A DNA stretch of 64,000 nucleotides from Arthrobacter sp. (lineage in GTDB: Bacteria; Actinomycetota; Actinomycetes; Actinomycetales; Micrococcaceae), in contig NZ_JBLXAH010000005.1 in assembly GCF_048266065.1 (NCBI RefSeq), positions 117,135-181,134 of the forward strand, read 5' to 3'. Below the pieces are notes generated by a model. That model was not told the origin of the DNA. It searched no databases and saw nothing but the letters and a program-made list of their open reading frames with translations. Every line of letters begins with the position of its first letter. Within the stretch, counting starts at the first letter, position 1. Positions 56,252-64,000 of the stretch are shown piece by piece. The position numbers and the translations under genes are program-made.

Positions 56252-56369
56252 GCTTCCCCCTCCGGTTCCCCGATATCTGTCCGAGGGTAGCAGCGGAACC
56301 AGCAGCGGACCATGGCGAAGATCGGCGCGAAACGACCTACACCGCCGCCTGGCCCATCGCCGGACACCG

Positions 56370-56405
56370 CGATGGCCCGCACCGTCGAAACAGTGCGGGC
56401 CATCG
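56370..56405 (-). terminator. Hairpin downstream of ilvC
   Basis: CGATGGCCCGCAC...GTGCGGGCCATCG 13-bp stem. Confidence 0.7.
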
Positions 56406-56446
56406 TCGTCGTTCTCGGGGACTCCCCCGGGAGGTGCCGGTGCGGG

Positions 56447-57523
<1,077 letters not shown>

Positions 57524-58042
57524 TCAGGCGGAGACGGATCGCAGGGCGCGGTCCGACATCGATTTGGAGCCGCGGCCGACGGCCAGGGTTCCGGACTGGA
57601 CGATTTCCCGGATGCCGAAGGGTTCCAGGACGGCCAGCAGCGCGTCCAGCTTCTCGGCGGTTCCGGTGGCCTCGATGATCAGTGAATCGGTGGAGACGTC
57701 CACCACCGAGGCCCGGAAGAGATCGGCTGCCTGGGTGACCTGCAGCCGGGTCGCGGCGTCCGCGCGCACCTTGACCAGGATGTGGTCGCGTTGCACGGAG
57801 GAATCGGAGGTCAGTTCAACGATCTTGATGACGTTGATCAGCTTGTTGAGCTGCTTGGTCACCTGTTCCAGCAGGTCTCCTTCGGCGTCGACCACCACGG
57901 TCACCCGGGACATCCCGGGAATCTCGGTGGGGCCGACGGCGAGTGAATTGATGTTGAACGCCCTGCGGGCGAACAGGCCGGCCACGCGGGTCAGGACGCC
58001 GGGGACGTCCTCCACGAGCACGGAAAGGGTATGGCGTGCCAT
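57524..58042 (-). CDS. ilvN: Acetolactate synthase small subunit
   Basis: LSVLVED.PGVL.RVAGLF.RRAFNI.SL, QLNKLI.V. Confidence 0.96.
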   Translation of the reverse strand: MARHTLSVLVEDVPGVLTRVAGLFARRAFNINSLAVGPTEIPGMSRVTVVVDAEGDLLEQVTKQLNKLINVIKIVELTSDSSVQRDHILVKVRADAATRLQVTQAADLFRASVVDVSTDSLIIEATGTAEKLDALLAVLEPFGIREIVQSGTLAVGRGSKSMSDRALRSVSA

Positions 58043-58046
58043 GGTC

Positions 58047-59930
58047 CTAGTCCTCCTCTTCCCATTCGGGGGTCATGCCGCGGGCGATCTGGATGGCGTC
58101 GTTGCTCACGCCGGAGGGGACCATGGGCCACACCATCGCGTCGCGGCTGACGACGAAGTCGATCACGACCGGGCGGTCGTTGATTTCGAGCGCCTGCTGG
58201 ATGGTGGCGTCGATGTCCTCGTCGCGTTCGCACCGCAGGCCGGCACAGCCGTAGGCGTCGGCGAGCTTGACGAAGTCGGGGACCCGCGCTGTTCCGTGCC
58301 CGGTGTTCAGGTCGGTGTTGGAGTAGCGGGAGTCGTAGAAGAGCGTCTGCCACTGACGCACCATGCCCAACGAGGAGTTGTTGATGATTGCGACCTTGAT
58401 CGGGATCTTGTTGATCACGCAGGTCGCGAGCTCCTGGTTGGTCATCTGGAAGCAGCCGTCACCGTCGATGGCCCAGACGACGCGGTCGGGGTTGCCGACC
58501 TTGGCGCCCATGGCGGCGGGGACGGAGTAGCCCATGGTGCCCAGGCCGCCGGAGTTCAGCCACTGGTGGGGGCGCTCGTACTTCACGAACTGGGCGGCCC
58601 ACATCTGGTGCTGGCCGACGCCGGCCACGTAGACGCCCTCGGGCCCGGTCAGGGCGCCGATGCGTTCGATGACGCGTTGCGGTGCGGTGAGCCCGTCCTC
58701 GGTTTCGGTGTAGCCGATGGGGTAGGTCTCGCGCAGGCGGTTCAGCGTGGACCACCACGGGGCCAGGTCCGGGCGGCCGTCCTCGGCGAAGCGGGTCCGG
58801 CAGGCCTCGGTGAGCTCGGGCAGGATCTCCTTGACGGAACCGACGATGGGGACATCGGCCGTGCGGTTCTTGGAGATTTCCGCCGGGTCGATGTCGGCGT
58901 GGATGACCTTCGCGTTCGGGGCGAACGTGGAGAGCACGCCGGTGACCCGGTCATCGAAGCGGGCGCCCAGGGTGATCAGCAGGTCCGACTGCTGCAGTGC
59001 GGTGACCGCCGAGACGGCACCGTGCATGCCGGGCATGCCCACATGCTGTTCGTGCGAGTCGGGGAAGGCGCCGCGTGCCTGCAGCGTGGTGGCCACGGGG
59101 GCCCCCACGAGTTCGGCCAGTTCCATCAGCTCGGCAGACGCGTGGCCCTTGATGACGCCGCCGCCGACGTAGAACACCGGGCGCTGGGCCGTGGCGATGA
59201 GCTTGGCCGCCTCGCGGACCTGCTTGGCGTGGCCGCGGGTGACGGTGCGGTAGCCGGGCAGGTCGATCTTCGGCGGCCACGAGAACGTGCCGGTGCGCTG
59301 CTGGGTGTCCTTGGTGATGTCCACGAGCACCGGCCCGGGCCGACCGGTGCCGGCGATGTGGAAGGCCTCGGCCATCACTCGCGGGATGTCGTTCGGGTCG
59401 GTGACCAGGAACGAGTGCTTGGTGATCGGCATCGTGATGCCGACGATGTCCGCTTCCTGGAAGGCATCGGAGCCGATGAAGGCCGAATGGACCTGCCCGG
59501 TGATGGCGACCAGCGGTACCGAGTCCATGTGGGCATCGGCGATCGCGGTGACCAGGTTGGTGGCTCCGGGGCCGGAGGTGGCGATGCATACCCCGACTTC
59601 CCCGGTGACCATGGCGTAGCCCTGTGCGGCGTGGCCTGAGCCCTGCTCGTGGCGGACCAGGATGTGGTTGATCTTGGTCGAGTCCATCAGTGGGTCGTAG
59701 AGGGGCAGGATGGCCCCTCCAGGCAACCCGAAGACGTCTTTGACGCCCAGTTCTTCCAGCGAGCGGACGATGGCTTGTGAGCCAGTCATCTCAGTGGGTG
59801 CCACGGTGTTGTTCGGACCCTGGACGGGGTTCGAGGCATCCACGATGGAAGAGACAGGAGCTTGATCCTTGGCACGGCCGGCGGCCTTGGCGGCCACCAG
59901 CGACGGGCTGATGGGTGTTCCGTTACTCAT
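58047..59930 (-). CDS. ilvB: Acetolactate synthase large subunit
   Basis: [52 protein letters not shown]. Confidence 0.97.
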   Translation of the reverse strand: MSNGTPISPSLVAAKAAGRAKDQAPVSSIVDASNPVQGPNNTVAPTEMTGSQAIVRSLEELGVKDVFGLPGGAILPLYDPLMDSTKINHILVRHEQGSGHAAQGYAMVTGEVGVCIATSGPGATNLVTAIADAHMDSVPLVAITGQVHSAFIGSDAFQEADIVGITMPITKHSFLVTDPNDIPRVMAEAFHIAGTGRPGPVLVDITKDTQQRTGTFSWPPKIDLPGYRTVTRGHAKQVREAAKLIATAQRPVFYVGGGVIKGHASAELMELAELVGAPVATTLQARGAFPDSHEQHVGMPGMHGAVSAVTALQQSDLLITLGARFDDRVTGVLSTFAPNAKVIHADIDPAEISKNRTADVPIVGSVKEILPELTEACRTRFAEDGRPDLAPWWSTLNRLRETYPIGYTETEDGLTAPQRVIERIGALTGPEGVYVAGVGQHQMWAAQFVKYERPHQWLNSGGLGTMGYSVPAAMGAKVGNPDRVVWAIDGDGCFQMTNQELATCVINKIPIKVAIINNSSLGMVRQWQTLFYDSRYSNTDLNTGHGTARVPDFVKLADAYGCAGLRCERDEDIDATIQQALEINDRPVVIDFVVSRDAMVWPMVPSGVSNDAIQIARGMTPEWEEED

Positions 59931-59963
59931 CGGATATTCCTTCTCTTCTCTAGTTCTGCGCAT

Positions 59964-59999
59964 AAAAATACCCCGCTGGCCTTGCGGCTTCAGTGGGGT
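59964..59999 (-). terminator. Attenuator terminator upstream of ilvB
   Basis: Minus strand ACCCCACTG-AA-GCC-GCAA-GGC-CAGCGGGGT followed by ATTTTT. Confidence 0.8.
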
Positions 60000-60029
60000 T
60001 CGCGCGTCACCGTGTCCTACAAACGAGGG

Positions 60030-60077
60030 CTAGGCTCCGCGCTTGGTAACTAGTAGGACTTCGGTTCGGATCTGCAT
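60030..60077 (-). CDS. ilvB leader peptide MQIRTEVLLVTKRGA (not in the ORF track)
   Basis: ATG CAG ATC CGA ACC GAA GTC CTA CTA GTT ACC AAG CGC GGA GCC TAG; Val-Leu-Leu-Val run with rare codons; downstream terminator. Confidence 0.8.
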   Translation of the reverse strand: MQIRTEVLLVTKRGA

Positions 60078-60083
60078 GTCTTC

Positions 60084-60112
60084 AGTTTCCCCGGCGGTGG
60101 GGGGACTGTCAA
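60084..60112 (-). promoter_or_regulatory. ilvBNC promoter
   Basis: Minus strand TTGACA-N17-GAAACT, 6 nt before the leader ATG. Confidence 0.6.
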
Positions 60113-60127
60113 CGAACCACACTGCCC

Positions 60128-60163
60128 GTCTCAGCATGTGGACACGGCGTCCGTCTTTTGGAC
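60128..60163. promoter_or_regulatory. Tandem putative IclR/NdgR operators upstream of the ilvB promoter
   Basis: GTCTCA-GCATG-TGGAC and GTCCG-TCTTT-TGGAC, 20 bp apart. Confidence 0.65.
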
Positions 60164-60201
60164 ATTTCTGCCCGGCCGGACGCCGTGTCCTGCCATATCA
60201 A

Positions 60202-61905
60202 CTAGCCACAGTAGGCTCCCGTGCTGGCCGAATTGACGAGCTTGGCGTACTTGCCCAGCACACCGGTGGTGAACTTGGCCGGCAGCGGCTCCCAGCCTTC
60301 ACGACGTGAGTCCAGCTCGGCCTCGTCAACCAACAGGTCGAAGGAACGGGCGGCGATGTCCACGCGGATCCGGTCCCCGTCCTTGACGAAGGCGATCGGA
60401 CCGCCGTCGACTGCCTCGGGGGCGACGTGGCCGATGCACAGCCCGGTGGTGCCTCCGGAGAAGCGGCCGTCGGTGAGCAGCAGGACATCCTTGCCCAGGC
60501 CCGCGCCCTTGATGGCGCCGGTGATGGCAAGCATCTCGCGCATGCCCGGACCACCCTTGGGTCCCTCATAGCGGATGACGACGACGTCGCCGGCGTGGAT
60601 GGCGCCGTTGTCCAGCGCGTCCAGCGCACCCTGCTCGCGCTCGAAGACGCGGGCGGTGCCCTCGAAGACGTCGGCGTCGAAGCCGGCGCTCTTCACGACG
60701 GCACCCTCGGGGGCCATCGAGCCGCTCAGCACGGTGATGCCGCCGGTGGCGTGGATGGGGTTGTCCAGCTGGCGGACGACCTTGCCGTCCAGGGCCGGCG
60801 GGTTGATGTCTGCCAGGTTCTCGGCCACGGTCTTGCCGGTGACGGTGAGGCAGTCGCCGTGGATGAGGCCGGCGTCGAGCAGCGCCTTCATGACCACCGG
60901 CACCCCGCCGATCTTGTCGACGTCGTACATGACGTAATCGCCGAAGGGCTTCAGGTCGCCCAGGTGCGGGATCTTGTCCCCGATGCGGTTGAAGTCCTCG
61001 AGCTTGAGGTCGACGTTGGCCTCGCGGGCGATGGCCAGCAGGTGGAGCACTGCGTTGGTGGAACCGCCGAAGGCCATGGTCACGGCGATCGCGTTCTCAA
61101 AGGCCTTGCGGGTCATGATGTCGCGGGCGGTGATGCCCTTGCGCAGCATCTCCACCACGGCCTCGCCTGACTTGCGGGCGAACATGTCACGACGGCGGTC
61201 GGCCGAGGGCGGGGCTGCCGAGCCCGGCAGGGACATGCCCAGCGCCTCGCCGATGCAGGCCATGGTGTTGGCGGTGTACATGCCGCCGCAGGCGCCTTCG
61301 CCCGGGCAGATGGCCCGTTCGATGGTGTCGAGGTCCTTTTCGCTCATCTTGCCGGCGGCGCAGGCCCCGACCGCCTCGAAGGCGTCGATGAGGGTGACCT
61401 CCTTCTCGGTGCCGTCCTCCAGCTTCGCGGTGCCGGGCATGATCGAGCCGGCGTAGACAAAGACGCTGGCCAGATCCAGGCGGGCGGCTGCCATCAGCAT
61501 GCCGGGCAGCGACTTGTCGCAACCAGCCAGCAGGACGGAGCCGTCGATGCGCTCGGCCATCATGACGGTCTCGACCGAGTCGGCGATGACTTCACGGGAG
61601 ACGAGGGAGAAGTGCATGCCCTCGTGGCCCATGGAGATGCCGTCGGAGACGGAGATGGTCCCGAACTGCATCGGGAACCCGCCGCCGGCGTGGACGCCCT
61701 CCTTGGAGGCCTGCGCCAACCGGTTCAGGGAAAGGTTGCAGGGGGTGATTTCGTTCCACGAGCTGGCGACGCCGATCTGCGGCTTGGCGAAATCGTCGTC
61801 TCCCATGCCGACCGCGCGGAACATGCCGCGGGCCGGGGCAGCGTGGATGCCGTCGGTGACGGCGCGGCTGCGTGGCTTGATGTCAATGGTGCTGTCCTGG
61901 CTCAT
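60202..61905 (-). CDS. ilvD: Dihydroxy-acid dehydratase
   Basis: [63 protein letters not shown]. Confidence 0.97.
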   Translation of the reverse strand: MSQDSTIDIKPRSRAVTDGIHAAPARGMFRAVGMGDDDFAKPQIGVASSWNEITPCNLSLNRLAQASKEGVHAGGGFPMQFGTISVSDGISMGHEGMHFSLVSREVIADSVETVMMAERIDGSVLLAGCDKSLPGMLMAAARLDLASVFVYAGSIMPGTAKLEDGTEKEVTLIDAFEAVGACAAGKMSEKDLDTIERAICPGEGACGGMYTANTMACIGEALGMSLPGSAAPPSADRRRDMFARKSGEAVVEMLRKGITARDIMTRKAFENAIAVTMAFGGSTNAVLHLLAIAREANVDLKLEDFNRIGDKIPHLGDLKPFGDYVMYDVDKIGGVPVVMKALLDAGLIHGDCLTVTGKTVAENLADINPPALDGKVVRQLDNPIHATGGITVLSGSMAPEGAVVKSAGFDADVFEGTARVFEREQGALDALDNGAIHAGDVVVIRYEGPKGGPGMREMLAITGAIKGAGLGKDVLLLTDGRFSGGTTGLCIGHVAPEAVDGGPIAFVKDGDRIRVDIAARSFDLLVDEAELDSRREGWEPLPAKFTTGVLGKYAKLVNSASTGAYCG

Positions 61906-62006
61906 AGTCCAGAGTCTAGAACTCCGGGCCAACCGCAACGAACCCGTGACCTGCATGTGAAACATTTGTGCCCAACTATCGGAGCCCTCCCCCTAGACTG
62001 AAAACC

Positions 62007-62501
62007 ATGGGGATAGCAGACAACGGCGCCAGCATGCCCGAAGAAGACGCCACGCTGAAGGCGCATCTGCACCACGCCTTTGACCACCAGATCCCCAATT
62101 TCGGCAGCTACAACCTGGTCTATGCGACCGGACGCGCCGGAGAAGGCGGCAAGTACATCGTTGGCTATAGACGCCAGCCGATGGAGATCATTGTTGCCCC
62201 GCTGCATGCCGGGACGTTGGCATCGCTCGAGCCGGCAACCGCCATCAACCTCACCAATCTCAGCCATTTGGCAGAGGACCGCGCCGGCGGACACGAGGTC
62301 GGAACCACCACCGGACGGGTCTTCAGGTTCGAGGTGGCCCCGGAGACCACCATCGATGCCCCGCCCTCGGCCACGAGCCATCCGGAAACACGGATTCACC
62401 TGCAACAACGCGACGACGCAGCGGATTTCTCGGACTTCTTCGACGAGTTCCTGACACTGCTGGATGGCTTCGGCGACATGGAAGAAACGGCTTCCGAATA
62501 G
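62007..62501 (+). CDS. Hypothetical protein
   Basis: Coding-like GC pattern; TAGACT 7 nt before ATG 62007; divergent from ilvD. Confidence 0.65.
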   Translation: MGIADNGASMPEEDATLKAHLHHAFDHQIPNFGSYNLVYATGRAGEGGKYIVGYRRQPMEIIVAPLHAGTLASLEPATAINLTNLSHLAEDRAGGHEVGTTTGRVFRFEVAPETTIDAPPSATSHPETRIHLQQRDDAADFSDFFDEFLTLLDGFGDMEETASE

Positions 62502-62616
62502 AAATTCGCGCTCAAAGTCATGGTGGATGATGGGTTGTGGATAACTATTCAACCGGGTTGATTTTCGGGTTAGGGTGTTTCAACGCCCACTTTTCACCGT
62601 CGATTCCGGAGGCCTC

Positions 62617-63285
62617 ATGCCGGTCACGATCACTCGCAAGACCCGCAATGGTTTGGCCATCGCAGCAATTGTTGCCCTGGCCCTGAGTGCCTGTTCCCCC
62701 TCCACCGGGTCAGATGACCCCAGCTCGACCGGTTCCGGTACGCCGTCCGCCGATTCCTCCTCGCCAGTCGCCCAGGGCAGTGCAACACCCTCCCCCACAC
62801 AGAGCGCGACGCCAACGCCGGTTCCCGCCAGCTCCAAAGGTCCTGCCAAGAACTGGCCCGTCCCGAAAATGCCGGAGGCTGCTAAAGCGAAGACGCCTAA
62901 GGGCTTGAAGGCCTTCAGCGAACACTACTTCGCCCTCATGAGCTACACGGTCGTGACAAGCGACCCAGACCCGATGAAGAAGGTGACGTCGAAGTATTGC
63001 GACGTTTGCGTAGATGGATTTATTGACGCAGCGACTCTGAATCAGCGAGACGGAACTTGGTCGGCGGGCGGGCATTATGATGCCACGATCACAATGGCCC
63101 AAATGGTCGGCAAGAAGTCGGGAACCGCTAACTTCAATTACAAGCGTGCCAAGGTCACGCTTTTCAACAGCGACGGATCCGTGTACGGAGTTGGAAAAGC
63201 TTCCACCAAGCCCGTACGGGGAACTTTCTCTGCTGTCTACGAAAACGGCTGGAAGATCACCGAACTAAATATTTCGAAATCGTGA
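62617..63285 (+). CDS. DUF6318-like lipoprotein
   Basis: GGAGG RBS; lipobox LSAC; S/T/P linker; PVPKMPEAAK..T.KG..AF..HYF; CxxC (CDVC). Confidence 0.7.
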   Translation: MPVTITRKTRNGLAIAAIVALALSACSPSTGSDDPSSTGSGTPSADSSSPVAQGSATPSPTQSATPTPVPASSKGPAKNWPVPKMPEAAKAKTPKGLKAFSEHYFALMSYTVVTSDPDPMKKVTSKYCDVCVDGFIDAATLNQRDGTWSAGGHYDATITMAQMVGKKSGTANFNYKRAKVTLFNSDGSVYGVGKASTKPVRGTFSAVYENGWKITELNISKS

Positions 63286-63291
63286 TGCCCA

Positions 63292-64000
63292 GTGTGCAGA
63301 CTACTTCGGAGTGCCTTCGTCCTACTCCTCTCCATCACGGTCATATTGATGGCCATGGCTTCAGTTGCTCCAAGCGCAACCGCAAAAAAGCAGGAACTCT
63401 GCTCGCACAAAATGGGAACCGAGGCTGATTCGATTGTTGTCAGTGAAAGCGGCTGCGTAAAAGGAGACAAGATTGACGAGGACGTCTCATTTCACGGAAA
63501 AAAGGGCAGCAAGACCGTAAGTTTCGGCCCGAAACTTCGATACAAAGTCGATTACCAGCGTCAATGTTCTGCCGCGGAAGCGCGTCTGAACCATTGCATC
63601 GCTTTTAGTGATGATCCATGCGCAGGGACTGACCTTGCCCCAACGTCCCGGACTGTGCTGGCGTTGAACGGCCCAAGAAAGGGTCAGATCATATCCACCG
63701 TTCTATATTGCGACTCAGAGCCTGAAATGGCTATCCCAGGGATCAAGGACGATGTAGCGAAGGTGACACCAGCTCGATTCCGACAACTACCAATACTGTC
63801 CTCAAAAATCGAGAGCCAACCCCACAGCTTTTCATTGCGCAATGGTTTTGCCCACATGTATGCAAGCTCAAAGAACCAAAACTTCAATATCACCTTGGAT
63901 GACCAAAGCGTTCGAATACGAGCAATTCCGACTTCATACGCGTGGTCCTATGGCGACGGGAACACGCGCGTCTTAAAAGAACCGGGAGCCCCACTTGCGG
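63292..64000 (+). CDS. Secreted Cys-rich protein with a PKD-like C-terminal domain; partial, missed by the ORF track
   Basis: GTG 63292 opens MCRLLRSAFVLLLSITVILMAMASVAPSATA..., open to the window end; six Cys in the mature part; ..SYAWSYGDG.. motif. Confidence 0.7.
   Translation, partial: MCRLLRSAFVLLLSITVILMAMASVAPSATAKKQELCSHKMGTEADSIVVSESGCVKGDKIDEDVSFHGKKGSKTVSFGPKLRYKVDYQRQCSAAEARLNHCIAFSDDPCAGTDLAPTSRTVLALNGPRKGQIISTVLYCDSEPEMAIPGIKDDVAKVTPARFRQLPILSSKIESQPHSFSLRNGFAHMYASSKNQNFNITLDDQSVRIRAIPTSYAWSYGDGNTRVLKEPGAPLA

Noticed and set aside
56286-56312. AGCAGCGGAACC/AGCAGCGGACC tandem repeat
   Set aside because: Two imperfect copies only; not an array
61904-61920. GTCCA-GAGTC-TAGAA at the ilvD start as a fifth operator
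   Set aside because: Only one arm matches, and the rest is explained by the TAGACT -10 box; too weak to call

Overview
High-GC actinobacterial chromosome segment, most likely Micrococcaceae (Arthrobacter/Glutamicibacter/Paeniglutamicibacter-like; inferred from gene order and content). It mixes a housekeeping backbone with cell-envelope modules. The backbone holds coaD, rsmD, recG, ddl, gpsA, plsC, murA, leuCD plus an IclR regulator, thiL, tRNA-Glu/tRNA-Gln, gltX, ilvE, leuB, metG, serA, ilvBNC and ilvD. The envelope modules are: (i) a teichoic-acid-type locus at 1-9.2 kb; (ii) three LCP-family ligases; (iii) a 37.8-48.5 kb block with a TagF-GT4 fusion, a two-component system, a mucin-like surface protein, a lipoprotein LCP and an FtsX-type ABC transporter; (iv) a secreted 4xSH3b-gamma-glutamylcyclotransferase fusion; (v) a dynamin-like GTPase pair; (vi) a DUF6318-like lipoprotein plus a Cys-rich partner missed by the ORF track. 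Read directly from the DNA: an ilvB leader peptide/attenuator, a shared operator motif before leuC/iclR, leuB and ilvB, a 20-bp operator-like palindrome, a perfect 52-bp palindrome and many leaderless starts. No CRISPR array, IS element, integrase, prophage or rRNA was seen. Family assignments come from motif recognition by eye, not database searches.
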